Notes: a model not told the origin generated them from the letters alone. Counted from the first letter of the stretch, positions 7,101 through 18,267 are shown. The stretch is 36,457 nucleotides of DNA from an uncultured Candidatus Poseidoniales archaeon (GCA_964392975.1 CAYMRU010000003.1:1-36457); one strand, 5' to 3'. Numbers and translations: made by a program.

Positions 7101-9767
7101 ACTGGGTCTGCTGGCAGCCGGGTTTCTGGCTACCTGCATCTTGACCTGCCGGCCAATTCTCCTCCCGCATTCCATCCCTTCGCTGATGCAAGCTCAGAGT
7201 CTTCCAGTCACGTTCTCAGGATGTCTCTCGAGGTCTTACAGATCCATAGGTCTGCGATAGTGGTCACTTCGCCGACCGTTCAACCGCTTACCGTCGACGT
7301 CGATGAAGAGACTTTAGTTATGGTGAGATTGGAGAACCCTGGCAATGGTGAGGATACCTACCGGCTCAGTCATCAAGTCATTATCGACGAGAACATCACT
7401 GAAGACCCGGGCGTCACAGTCTCGTTCTCCGATGATTTAGTCACTTTGGGTCCAGGCAGCCTGACCAGTATCCCAGTCATGGTCACTCTGCCTCAGACGA
7501 CCCCTGCCGGACACCCGGTTGCAGTCTCGATTATCATGACCTCACAAGGCGATACGGAAGTCAGCGATTCGGATACCGTTCTGCTGCAGGCGAGGCAGGA
7601 TCATAGATGGAGTTTCGAAGCCACGGTGGATGGAGAGTCTCTTGCACAGGGGGGCGTTTACTCGGTGGGACCGGGGGCTGTGTTCTCAGTCGACGTCTTG
7701 GCTACAAACGAAGGGAATCTGGTTGATGACCTAGACCTGCAAGTAAGTTACAATCTGACTCCCATTGGAGAGGATGGGTCGCTCGGCTGGTCTCTTAATG
7801 CGAGTTCTGCTGATGAGGTAGGGGTTAACGAATCGGTGTCGCTGATGATTAATGCCACAATACCTGCCGATGCTTGGAACGGTTCGTTGATGCACGTTTC
7901 GGTATCCGCGCAGGCTCAAGGAGAGGATATGGGATCCTTCAGTTTCGATCTTGAAGTCTCCAGAGTACCGGGCTGGGCGGTCTATGCGAATCAGGCTAAT
8001 CTAGAGATAGATCCTTCTGGATCGCAAGTGCAACTTACCGTTGCACAGATGGGTAATGCCGACTCCAGACCCTATACTACAATCTGGGTCAGTGGGGAGA
8101 ATGGTTGGGGTGTGGAAGAGGTCTCAGAACTCCCCGTTCTGTCGCCGGGCGAAACGGCTCCTATGATTCTCAACATCACCCCTCCTGAGTCGGCTCAGCA
8201 CGGCAGAGCAGTGGAGTTGAACATCAGATTGAGAGATGGTGACGGGAGCGGTGAAACAGAGATTACATTGCCTCTCAGAGTGGCGATAATCAGGAACTTC
8301 ACAATGTTCGATTATGGAGATTGGGTCGTTTCGGAATCTGGAGGTTTCCCTCTGGTTGAACTCCGCAATCACGGCAATGCCCCAACTACAATCTCACTTC
8401 GAGTGCTGAGTCTTCCTCCTGGATGGACAGTAACAGGTCAATTTGAGGTCGTTCTCGGAGTGGGAGAGGTAAGAGGGGTTCCTCTCGAAGTCGTTCCCGT
8501 AGAAGACTGGGATGGCAGTCTCCATACGATTAGAATCCTTGCTGAGGATGAAGGAGATACCAACAGAGAAGTGGCTCTTGATACCTCTCAGTCCACTTAC
8601 TCTTGGGCTACCTCGCCTGTTATAGTCGGGATGAGTGGTGACGAGTCTGTAATCAGCATACATGGAGCCAATCCATCATCCTCTGTGTCCGGTTCATCCG
8701 GTCAACTCTCTGCACTGGCGGACGGTGGCTGGGCCTTACCTTTGCTGGTTTCAGGAGAAGGACAGATTTCTGTGGGCTCTGTAACTTTGGATTACCTAGC
8801 ACATGCATCTGAGCCTGCCATGAGAATGACCAACTGCGTCATCTCAGGGGCCTTGGGAGATGCTATTGCCCAATGTAACATACAGAACGGAACCGATGGA
8901 TTCCACTACACCATGATGCTCATTGACGACGAGGGTAGCATGCTGGAATCCGTATCGGGATATGTATCCGGGAACACCTCACTGGGACCCATCAACCTGA
9001 GCGCTGACGGCTGGAGCCCAGAGCCGGGAAGCAGGGAACTGACGGTTAGGCTGCTAGATGGTAGAGGCGTATTGGTTTACCAGACTTCCAAGCCCTACGA
9101 GATCAGGAGATTGGACTGGAACATAGGAATCATCGTTGTGGAACTTGAAGGTAAGGGTGATGGACAGGATATCAGAGTGTCATGGCAGCGCAGCGAGAAC
9201 GCTGATGAACTACTGGCTCAATACAATGCTGACTGCAGTTTGACTCTTTCCGCAGGAAATTACACTATGTCTCATAACGTCGATTTGACCGCTCTGTTCA
9301 CTGTGCCCTTCGAAATCAATCGTCCAAGCGCTGCACAGGACGGTGAGGAACTCGTAGTGACCATCGGCTGCTCATTCCCATGGGATATGGACTCAGATTC
9401 CAGTGACGATAAGGGTATCGTGATTCTTTCTGGCGGTACCGTCGAGCCTTCGAGATACCCCGATATGGGGACCTCTCTGGCTGCAGCGGCACTCGTCATT
9501 GGAGTCGGTGTCGCCCTCGCATGGATAATCAGGAACAACAGAGAGGGTAAACAGTTGATGGAGATGGCAATGAGTGCTGCTGAGGAGAAGATGCTTAGCA
9601 AGGCGGAGAAGGAGCCTGAGCAGGAGGAGTTGGTCTCCCATCCTCCTCCGGTCATTGAGCAATCGGAGGTAATTGCTACTGAGCCAGAACCCGAGCCAGA
9701 ACCCGAGCCAGAACCGGAACCCGAGGACGACTTCGAGTCGAGGTTACGCCGATTGATGAGAGAGTGA
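4110..9767 (+). CDS. Large membrane-anchored surface protein: FG-GAP/VCBS beta-propeller, CARDB and multiple Ig-like (NEW3-like) domains, C-terminal TM and acidic tail
   Basis: N-terminal hydrophobic signal. Repeated D.DGDG..E/D.V motifs (DIDGDGLQEI, DLDFDGDAEL, DTDGDGQHDR, DIDGSGEPEL, DIDGDATLDM). CARDB signature F.P..P..GE.VTVTA...N.G...DP.......DN. Repeated N.GN..D and P.GW units. TM LAAAALVIGVGVALAWII. Start may be ATG 4128. Confidence 0.85.
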   Translation: MPSPILMTSCRSELAPSGLRNATLGVALLLVMSLSPALSVPDFEPKSETADGTQDPWVDGGQPWPQAGRTSDRLAVVPAHGPDGGVGDGGVPEDASEFKSIVEPAVNWAYPSGSDDIGTDALSVPIADLSASITVGEGAFERCGGSSLFTILVLKDSESDPAYLRIIEGEDAELAWQVSLGQTEFVKAAPLVVDIDGDGLQEILIVYDDSSGDLNIEAWSPRLSCSVTGWSSSADSTELLWSWTDQNRFISNEGPYEESWRGYHKPTTQPLLADLDFDGDAELIIAAIEKANDKPEVIALDISGTGATILWYNTLSRGTHPSDPAFVQTDDSTGYVILTTIQDSTGSMWLWKLDHEDGGGSWTDGYSLGSANGGGETYPHVRLPGPVIANLDAQDDPEIILTIPTDGNGYSGSGGAEFIGMEIGNASEIWSFEASNGFADAPPTAVDTDGDGQHDRVCWVTWSKENTIPSHGHAGCHDVVGNPSPSWSAKSLERDSGAWNDEIAVSPPTWMDIDGSGEPELVVAFGRKVWAYDGGDGTVAGIWGGSFSVPHRTWAAPSFADIDGDATLDMVVGANVISHSEADVRPLTDSRGIDFSPSEPDPGEEVTVTAWFENAGTADTDEQTEAKLYADGQLIGVYEAGTMEPDETESFSAYWSGPLGEHVFELVLDPGSNVSQTRRDNDAQTVTLVIVPTYNATFEIPSEPVRVDPGSSTIALPTVRSTGRLAGTWSLSVDDSGMPEGWSWHDQSGGLDGIEIGIDQTWSPALRVEAPEDALGSDTGYLGLTLTLDSDPENYSAYASLPVEANRTRGLSLRGPDGTTVSSGYGLIGGDANAWILVHNLGNADETPVIQVGGTPWGDTDGDGQTDNVVSLYDLNGNSLPALSLSAGEVKLVTARLTVPSDADLEDFVTTDLTMCVGSEDEEECSTISLSFEASGVVADVHQRSVPASGLQWQVIADMPPDSSELTWALSEAGMVHQGWIWNSSGSIVVEGDSIVMTGSAGSRVSGYLHLDLPANSPPAFHPFADASSESSSHVLRMSLEVLQIHRSAIVVTSPTVQPLTVDVDEETLVMVRLENPGNGEDTYRLSHQVIIDENITEDPGVTVSFSDDLVTLGPGSLTSIPVMVTLPQTTPAGHPVAVSIIMTSQGDTEVSDSDTVLLQARQDHRWSFEATVDGESLAQGGVYSVGPGAVFSVDVLATNEGNLVDDLDLQVSYNLTPIGEDGSLGWSLNASSADEVGVNESVSLMINATIPADAWNGSLMHVSVSAQAQGEDMGSFSFDLEVSRVPGWAVYANQANLEIDPSGSQVQLTVAQMGNADSRPYTTIWVSGENGWGVEEVSELPVLSPGETAPMILNITPPESAQHGRAVELNIRLRDGDGSGETEITLPLRVAIIRNFTMFDYGDWVVSESGGFPLVELRNHGNAPTTISLRVLSLPPGWTVTGQFEVVLGVGEVRGVPLEVVPVEDWDGSLHTIRILAEDEGDTNREVALDTSQSTYSWATSPVIVGMSGDESVISIHGANPSSSVSGSSGQLSALADGGWALPLLVSGEGQISVGSVTLDYLAHASEPAMRMTNCVISGALGDAIAQCNIQNGTDGFHYTMMLIDDEGSMLESVSGYVSGNTSLGPINLSADGWSPEPGSRELTVRLLDGRGVLVYQTSKPYEIRRLDWNIGIIVVELEGKGDGQDIRVSWQRSENADELLAQYNADCSLTLSAGNYTMSHNVDLTALFTVPFEINRPSAAQDGEELVVTIGCSFPWDMDSDSSDDKGIVILSGGTVEPSRYPDMGTSLAAAALVIGVGVALAWIIRNNREGKQLMEMAMSAAEEKMLSKAEKEPEQEELVSHPPPVIEQSEVIATEPEPEPEPEPEPEPEDDFESRLRRLMRE
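9681..9725 (+). repeat. 12-bp tandem repeat (GAGCCAGAACCC) encoding an (EP)n linker
   Basis: gagccagaaccc gagccagaaccc gagccagaaccg gaacccgag, translating EPEPEPEPEPEPEPE. Confidence 0.9.
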
Positions 9768-10508
9768 TTAAGGCTTCACTCTCTTGGAGTACAGTTCTCG
9801 ATATAGTGGAGTCGCCTGCTCAAGAATGGGCTCTAACGAAGGAGGTAGTTCACCACTTCTCAATCTGTAGGGCGAGAATCCCGTCGAAGACCAGACTGAG
9901 TCATACCAGTGCTCACCCCATATGCCATCGCAAACCCTCGGGCCTGCCTCCCAAGAAAGCATGTCATTACTGAACGGTATATCCAGTTCTCGACATAGCT
10001 TGCCAAGCATTCCTGCAGGATTCTCAAGCACGTCTCTCGAGTCAATAATGGGAGGCATGGAGCCATCTTGTGAGGCACGCTCCAGAAGCATGATCTGCTG
10101 AGGTAGACCTGTGGCCCATAGAGAGATCTCGTGAGTAATCTGGGAGAGAGAAAGCAGTACTTCCCTCGGGTCTCGTATCAGAAAGCAGTTGCTCAGAGAG
10201 TGAATCCAATCTATGTCCATCTCCGGCAGAATATGGTGGCACATGTGCTTCTGATACCATACTTGGGCCCCGTCGGGGATATCTCCGATTAGGCTCTGGA
10301 CTATCTTGTCGTAGTCGGTTTCGTAACTCTCGATGACCCTGTCCGCATCTGGGTGATCTACCCCGGTCTGCAATAGGTAGTGGGCGTAGAATGGTTCGTC
10401 GATTGCATAGCAGTCATCCCTGTTCTCAAACGAGTACATCATCGCAGTCGAGATGTTCCTCGGGCCCGACCACATCGCTACCCTACAGCCTTCATCCACC
10501 GCACTCAC
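9768..10508 (-). CDS. Sulfotransferase-fold protein (family paired with BCAT-like proteins)
   Basis: PAPS 5'-binding-like motif MWSGPRNISTAMMYSF, DEPFY, YQKHM.HH, 3'-binding-like motif FLIRDPREV..S, and W...WY..V..STGF. Confidence 0.8.
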   Translation of the reverse strand: MSAVDEGCRVAMWSGPRNISTAMMYSFENRDDCYAIDEPFYAHYLLQTGVDHPDADRVIESYETDYDKIVQSLIGDIPDGAQVWYQKHMCHHILPEMDIDWIHSLSNCFLIRDPREVLLSLSQITHEISLWATGLPQQIMLLERASQDGSMPPIIDSRDVLENPAGMLGKLCRELDIPFSNDMLSWEAGPRVCDGIWGEHWYDSVWSSTGFSPYRLRSGELPPSLEPILEQATPLYRELYSKRVKP

Positions 10509-11400
10509 TCCTAATCAGTTCGATGTACAGGTTCTGCAGCCTCTCACACATCGGCCCACGGCTGCCGTTGCCCATGGGCTCGCCATCGAACATCACAACA
10601 GGAGTCAGGCCTGCGAAGGTCCCTGTCACGAAGGCCTCGTCGGCTGATTTCACATCTTCAAGGCCGAAATCAGCCTCGAATGCGGGAATCGCGTTAGAGC
10701 GGCAAATCTCCAGTACCTTACTGCGTGTTATTCCATCCAAGCAGTACTCTCCCGACGAGGTCCAGACTTCTCCGTCTCGCACGATGAAAAAGTGCGTCGA
10801 GTTGCAAGTAGAGACATATCCATGCGGGTCGAGCATCAGTCCCTCATCACCTCCCAGCTCGGCCGCTTCGATGCAGGCTGCGATGCAATTGTGCTTGGAG
10901 AGGCTGTTAATACGAGGATCCTGGGTGTTGTGACCGCCTCTCCTCGTGCTCACAGAGACTAGATTGATGCCTTCTCTCGCCCTTTCCTCATTCGCCCGCT
11001 TGTACTCCGGGATGATGACAAAGGTAGGTGGGCTCGAGATGACCCACGGGGCCTGATAGGGAGTTGGCTTGAGACCTCTGCTGACGATTAGTCGGATATG
11101 CACCCCATCAGACATCCCATTGGCATCAATTACCCTGTGGATCTCCGAGAGGATTTGTTCTCTGCTCCTTCCGATGTCCATCGAAATCGTCTCTGCACCC
11201 TTGAACAGTCTATCCATGTGGTCATCGATGAAAACCAGATTTTCATTGTGCAACCTGAATGACTCCCAGACTCCGTCTCCAAGCAGGAATCCCGCATCGA
11301 ACACAGAGACCTTTGCCTCACTTCTGTGGAACAGTTCGCCGTTGACTGAAATCAACACTTCCGAGTTACGAGGGTCTTCCTCGTACTCGTGGGTGCCCAT
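10492..11400 (-). CDS. Class IV PLP-dependent aminotransferase-like protein (IlvE/Dat/PabC fold)
   Basis: SVFD.GF..GDGVWE..R, H.DRL, IRL.VSRG, DE.LMLD..G, L.GITR, ADEAF.TGT. Confidence 0.9.
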   Translation of the reverse strand: MGTHEYEEDPRNSEVLISVNGELFHRSEAKVSVFDAGFLLGDGVWESFRLHNENLVFIDDHMDRLFKGAETISMDIGRSREQILSEIHRVIDANGMSDGVHIRLIVSRGLKPTPYQAPWVISSPPTFVIIPEYKRANEERAREGINLVSVSTRRGGHNTQDPRINSLSKHNCIAACIEAAELGGDEGLMLDPHGYVSTCNSTHFFIVRDGEVWTSSGEYCLDGITRSKVLEICRSNAIPAFEADFGLEDVKSADEAFVTGTFAGLTPVVMFDGEPMGNGSRGPMCERLQNLYIELIRSECGG

Positions 11401-11408
11401 CGTCTACC

Positions 11409-12320
11409 TCAGAAATCGTAGCCCGTCAGCCTCTCATACATCGAAGCATACAGTTGTGCAGTCTTGTCAATCATCTGCCGAGGCAGGGCTGGAATTGGAG
11501 GTTCTTTGAGTCCTTTCTCCCTAGCATCGTAAAGGGTCTCATGATGTCCGATGTCAATGTAATGCTCCCTAACGAACTCCTTCGAGAGAGACTCGATTCT
11601 TCCCTCTGCATAGGTCTGTGCATCCCACCATCTATCCTCATCTAGAGTGCCGAAAGAATCGACTAGGACTGGTTTTCTCCCGGGCCCCAATGCGAACTCC
11701 TTCTTCCCGTCAACATGAATCAGACCTCGCTTTCCAGCCTCCCTCTCGATTATAGCATCTATCTTGAGAACAGCATCGAGTATCGAGTCGAACTCGTCAT
11801 CGGTCAGATTGGATATCTGCAATGCCTCCTCTCGGTCTAGAAGTCGATCGAAGGACTCGAACTTGGTTGAAACCTCAAGATACGGTTGCGGTAACTTACA
11901 GTTCTCCTCAATCTTGGTTCCCGGCTCAAAGCCGAACTCCTCGGCTCCTACCTCGCCCTTAGCATAGCGGCGCCATCCTGAGCCGGCAAGATGATGCCTG
12001 CATATAACCTCAAGCGGGACGAATACATTCTCCATATCTCTTGGAATAGCTCCGGGCTCTTTGATTACCTCAAAGCGCTTGGCTAGGCATCTGTCGGGAG
12101 CGTTCATGTCAATCAAGTGGGTATCGCATATCCCTTCCTCAGTGATGAGGTCGAACCAGTGGCATGTCGTCCTGTTCAGGCTCTCTCCCTTGCGCGGAAT
12201 CAATGAGGGTATAATCTGGTCATAAACGGAAATTTGGTCGGTGTATCGAAACTCCAACACATCCGAATCGTTGGTACTCCATACTTGCTTGACCTTTCCA
12301 GCGTAAAGCAACTCGCCCAT
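11409..12320 (-). CDS. purC: SAICAR synthase
   Basis: Y.GKVK, TD.IS.YD.I....IP.KG, P.E.I.R....GS, STK, .VD.K.EF, D..GT.DE.R.W, SKEFVR. Confidence 0.95.
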   Translation of the reverse strand: MGELLYAGKVKQVWSTNDSDVLEFRYTDQISVYDQIIPSLIPRKGESLNRTTCHWFDLITEEGICDTHLIDMNAPDRCLAKRFEVIKEPGAIPRDMENVFVPLEVICRHHLAGSGWRRYAKGEVGAEEFGFEPGTKIEENCKLPQPYLEVSTKFESFDRLLDREEALQISNLTDDEFDSILDAVLKIDAIIEREAGKRGLIHVDGKKEFALGPGRKPVLVDSFGTLDEDRWWDAQTYAEGRIESLSKEFVREHYIDIGHHETLYDAREKGLKEPPIPALPRQMIDKTAQLYASMYERLTGYDF

Positions 12321-12343
12321 GTCATAGCTAGACTAATCGCCTC

Positions 12344-12410
12344 GATTAATATTGCTAAGTCGGAATTAGACTAAACCCAGTGCCTCGGCCTGTCCGCCTA
12401 ATCTATATCT
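12344..12410. promoter_or_regulatory. Divergent TATA-like boxes for purC and the ABC transporter operon
   Basis: ATTAAT at about 12345-12350 is 25-30 nt upstream of the purC ATG on the minus strand. CTATAT at 12403-12408 is about 30 nt upstream of ATG 12436 on the plus strand. Confidence 0.45.
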
Positions 12411-12435
12411 GATGAGTAAGTGAAGGGGATGACCC

Positions 12436-14553
12436 ATGCTGCCCGAGTCAGCGCCGCTCTCCGTTAGGAATCGTCCCCCACAGGCAAACAGGGTAGTTTC
12501 AATCGTGGCGCTTCTCGTTGTCTTGGGATTCGTAGGCACCAGTCAAGCCGCAGATTACCAAAGCGGCTGGTATGTTTCGGACTCTGGGGTCCAACAAGAC
12601 CTGAACTGCGCTGAGACAATTGGCGAACAGATATGGGCTTTCGGAGAAGATGGTGTGATGCTGGTAAGCAATGACTTCGGGAATAGTTGGGAGAACTCAA
12701 GCTCCGCTACGAATGCTGATATCCATCACTGTGACTCGGCTTTCGGCGCCTTGGCGGTAGCTGGCGATTCGGGTGCCGTCCTCATCAAGCAGGATACAGG
12801 TGCGGAATGGTCGGAGATATCACTTTCCGAGTCGGTAAACGATATCTCACTGACGAGCAATAGCAGCATTATTGCAGTGGGCGATACGGGAGCAATGTGG
12901 AGATTCAATGGCATTAATTGGGCCGAAGTACAGACCGGAGTCGATGAGGACCTGCTTGCCGTGTCGTTCCTCGATGGAGCCCTCGGGGTGGCGGTCGGGA
13001 CCAATGGTACGATTATTTTCTCAGAGGACGGAGGTCAATCATGGGACTACAGGGACGCTCCAAGTGAGGCCATAGAGAGGCCTATCGTCTCAGTCGAGTT
13101 CTACAGCACTGTCAGAATCTACGCAGTGACCGATCAAGGTCACATCATCAAGTCGGCTCGGGAGGGGGCTACAGATGTCGGTTTTCTTTGGAACTTGGTT
13201 GATATCGAGAGGCATTATCCTCCAGGAAGCAATGAGTTCGTAGGTGGGCTGTCATCTCTAGAAGTCACAATCCATTCAATCGATGTAGTCTCAACGAACA
13301 AGTTCCTCCTAGTCGGTGCTGATGGCTATGTATCGATGAGCAATGATGGAGGAAATATCGTCAGACAACAGATTAACCCTATCGGTAACGAGACATCGCT
13401 CAATGATGTCGTGATGGTCGATGGATTCGATGGAGTGGTCGTCGGAGATTCCGGAGGTGTGCTATGGACTGACCGAGCGGGAGAGGATGAGCAGATTGGA
13501 TTCCAAGTAATCAATTTCAACGATTTCGACAATTTTGTTGACTACTCAAAGGATATGCTCTTCGCTGGCTTCATCGCTACCATCAAAATCGTAGTCTTTG
13601 GAATTGTGATGGGTTTCCTGATTGGAGTTTCGCTGGCGATGTGCAAGACTTCACCGACTTCAATGAAATATATGGTGGAGAGGTTTGATCCGAAAGTTGT
13701 CAGAGTGGTGGGCACGATAATTGCAGGTGCAGGCCTGTATCAGTTCTATGTCGCAGTTCCGAAAATTGTAGATTTAGGACTTGATGGGATAGAGAATATC
13801 TTTGTTCCAGTCGGAGAGCCGGGGGCTTTCGGCAGAATCCTGTTGGGAATCGGTCTGACCTTCGTGGGCGTTCTGTTCATGTCCTATGATGGTAAGTTCT
13901 CCAAATTGGACTTGAAAGGATTCAAACTCAACCCATGGGGAGTCAGGCCTCTGAATACGATTGCAACCGTTTATACTGACTTCTTCCGCAACACTCCGTT
14001 AATCGTGCAGTTCATGTTCATCCACTTCGGTCTACAATTGGGCAAGTTGATTCAGGAGCCTGCACAGGCATTCCTAGAGGACTCGACAGGAGGTGTGGCG
14101 CAATTCATCAAGGATGAGTTCCTCAATGATAGAGCATACATCAGTGCAATTTGCGCTCTTGGTTTCAACTCTGGAGCATATCAGTGCGAGACTATTCGTG
14201 GGGCGATTCAGGCGATTCCCTCGGCGCAGATGGAGGCCGGCAGGAGTGTTGGGCTGACCTATATGCAAACGATGAGAAGAATCATTCTGCCTCAAGCAAT
14301 CAGAATCTGTATCCCTCCTATGGGTAATGAGATGGTGAACCTCGTGCTCAATTCATCATTAGCAATGGTCATCGGATATGCAGAGTTGACGCGGCAGGGG
14401 AAGCTGATTACTGCAGTCACATTCCAGATGGCGTATACCTGGGGCATGGTTCTGGTTTCCTACTTCGTTATCACATGGACTTTGGCCTTGTTACTCAGGA
14501 GGCTCGAGGAGAGCACTAGGATACCGGGATTGGGGATGACAGGAGGTGAGTGA
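12436..14553 (+). CDS. Polar amino-acid ABC transporter permease (HisM/GlnP type) fused to an N-terminal YCF48/BNR-like beta-propeller
   Basis: Signal peptide, then repeats (A/V)G..G....S.D.G..W (SNDFGNSW, SEDGGQSW, SNDGGN). C-terminal permease motifs Y..FFRNTPLIVQ, EAA loop AY.CE.IRGAIQAIP.AQMEAG.S.GLT, IILPQA.R..IPP.GN and SSLA..I...EL. Confidence 0.9.
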   Translation: MLPESAPLSVRNRPPQANRVVSIVALLVVLGFVGTSQAADYQSGWYVSDSGVQQDLNCAETIGEQIWAFGEDGVMLVSNDFGNSWENSSSATNADIHHCDSAFGALAVAGDSGAVLIKQDTGAEWSEISLSESVNDISLTSNSSIIAVGDTGAMWRFNGINWAEVQTGVDEDLLAVSFLDGALGVAVGTNGTIIFSEDGGQSWDYRDAPSEAIERPIVSVEFYSTVRIYAVTDQGHIIKSAREGATDVGFLWNLVDIERHYPPGSNEFVGGLSSLEVTIHSIDVVSTNKFLLVGADGYVSMSNDGGNIVRQQINPIGNETSLNDVVMVDGFDGVVVGDSGGVLWTDRAGEDEQIGFQVINFNDFDNFVDYSKDMLFAGFIATIKIVVFGIVMGFLIGVSLAMCKTSPTSMKYMVERFDPKVVRVVGTIIAGAGLYQFYVAVPKIVDLGLDGIENIFVPVGEPGAFGRILLGIGLTFVGVLFMSYDGKFSKLDLKGFKLNPWGVRPLNTIATVYTDFFRNTPLIVQFMFIHFGLQLGKLIQEPAQAFLEDSTGGVAQFIKDEFLNDRAYISAICALGFNSGAYQCETIRGAIQAIPSAQMEAGRSVGLTYMQTMRRIILPQAIRICIPPMGNEMVNLVLNSSLAMVIGYAELTRQGKLITAVTFQMAYTWGMVLVSYFVITWTLALLLRRLEESTRIPGLGMTGGE

Positions 14554-16667
<2,114 letters not shown>

Positions 16668-16775
16668 CTACGATTCCTGTTTCAGGAACCGGGCGCTTGC
16701 GCGACCGAGGGGGGGCTTTTGAATGGTATCATCATAAGATGTCCCAAAAGAAGACACCAAGTGGGCCTGATAATA

Positions 16776-18092
16776 TCACGAGAACAAGTGTCTTTCGGCC
16801 AACTGCGCCACTTTTCCGCGATGACTAGGCAGAGTAATCACATATACTGCTGCTTGGCTCACTTGGCGGTTCCTGAGTGCGTCAGCAATCGGGGTGTGAT
16901 CACGGAACCAGCGAGTCTTCCCGTCATCCCCTAGAATCCTGACTTCGACCTGTGACATCCTAGGCTCAGCGAGCAGGAGCTTGATGTTTGGGACATCCAC
17001 TGCGACGTAGCCCGGAGGAAGTCCCGCTCTGTGCGCTAGGTCGTCCTCGAACTGCCGCCTGCTCTCTGGGCTCTCGACTATGCTCAGCAGGTTCGAGGCC
17101 TGTTCTTCGGTCAGGTCCTCCCTACGTCTGCTTGCGCATACCTTGAGCAGTTGTCTGTACTTGAGTCGTCTAATCATGTCCTGGGCGTAATCACCAGCCC
17201 CTGCCAAGGCTTCCCAAATCTCAGCATCGACGCGGCGCTGTAGGTCAATAGAGTCAGGTAGACTGTCCGAACTCCTCTCAACTGCTCTGGAAAGCATCAC
17301 TTCGGTGACTCTGGTAACCCGGTGGAAGTAAACTGCACTGTACATCAGGGCGCGAGCCATCATCATACCCTCAAGTGCTGGTAGCCCACCTTCCTCAACG
17401 GCGATGTCGCCGCTGTGTCTCTCGAGGCACATGATTAATCTGCGATGGTCGACTATTCCATGCTTGACTCCTGTGAAGTGAGAGTCTCTGAGTAGGTAGT
17501 CGAGTTGGTCGCAATCCACGGGCCCGTGTACAAGATGAGCCAGAGTGAGGTCCTGGTCCACGAAGTTCTCCTTCCCTGCGGTCCATGCACTCAGTGAGCG
17601 CTCCGTCCCACCCGCTCCCGGTCCTCTGATTAGTCCGGCGACCTCATTGGGGTCGAGGTCGTGCGACTCGAGGATATCCGGAATAGTTCGGCGATTCGGT
17701 ACAGATGGCTCCTCTCCATCACGCAGCACATCGTAGTCTCCGACTATGATTCCCTCGGTAATAGACATATGATCCATCCCTCCTCTTTCGTGCAAGATAT
17801 GCTCTAGCGTGTGCGAGTAGGGGCCGTGCCCTACGTCGTGCAGCATCGCTGCAGCCTGGACAGTATTGGTCTCGTGTTCATCCAGACCCAGTGACTCGGC
17901 CATCATCCCCGCGATATGAGATACCCCGAGTGAGTGCTCGAAGCGGGTGTGGTGAGCTCCAGGAAAGACGAGGTGAGCGAGTCCGAGTTGCTTGATGTGG
18001 CTGAGCTTGTTCATCTCAGGAGTGTTCAGCAGATCAGCCCTCACTCCCTCGATTCTAAACTGACCGTGAATTGCGTCGTTGATTACCTTCAT
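16776..18092 (-). CDS. HD-superfamily phosphohydrolase (SAMHD1/dNTP triphosphohydrolase-like)
   Basis: I.D.IHG, L..IKQLG....VFPGA.HTRFEHSLGV, LHD.GHGPYSH..E, D.D..DYL.RDSH, R..MY..VYFH. Start reassigned to ATG 18092 (MKVIND). Confidence 0.9.
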   Translation of the reverse strand: MKVINDAIHGQFRIEGVRADLLNTPEMNKLSHIKQLGLAHLVFPGAHHTRFEHSLGVSHIAGMMAESLGLDEHETNTVQAAAMLHDVGHGPYSHTLEHILHERGGMDHMSITEGIIVGDYDVLRDGEEPSVPNRRTIPDILESHDLDPNEVAGLIRGPGAGGTERSLSAWTAGKENFVDQDLTLAHLVHGPVDCDQLDYLLRDSHFTGVKHGIVDHRRLIMCLERHSGDIAVEEGGLPALEGMMMARALMYSAVYFHRVTRVTEVMLSRAVERSSDSLPDSIDLQRRVDAEIWEALAGAGDYAQDMIRRLKYRQLLKVCASRRREDLTEEQASNLLSIVESPESRRQFEDDLAHRAGLPPGYVAVDVPNIKLLLAEPRMSQVEVRILGDDGKTRWFRDHTPIADALRNRQVSQAAVYVITLPSHRGKVAQLAERHLFS

Positions 18093-18180
18093 CGCAGACC
18101 CTGCGGGGTTGCGACAGGACACCCTGCCTTGAATCGCACTATCGTAAAATTCTGCGGTTATGAGAATTCAAGTTGAGTTA

Positions 18181-18230
18181 GTACAATATGTTGCATTTCA
18201 ATTGTCTTTCATTTGCAATACAATTAATAG
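18181..18230. promoter_or_regulatory. AT-rich divergent promoter with direct repeat TTGCA-N3-CAATT x2 (candidate operator)
   Basis: TTGCATTTCAATT (18191-18203) and TTGCAATACAATT (18213-18225) are 22 bp apart. The second copy overlaps the TATA-like ATTAATA (18223-18229) upstream of the RHH gene. Confidence 0.5.
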
Positions 18231-18267
18231 GCTCTACCCGGTCTGCTAGACTCAGGAGGAATGCGAG

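Noticed and set aside
12436-13500. Photosystem II assembly factor (Ycf48) implying photosynthesis
   Set aside because: Only the generic propeller repeat is shared. The context is an archaeal amino-acid transporter.
16674-16688. TTCCTG-TTT-CAGGAA hairpin upstream of gdhA as a riboswitch
   Set aside because: A single 6-bp stem is expected by chance and resembles no riboswitch I recognise.
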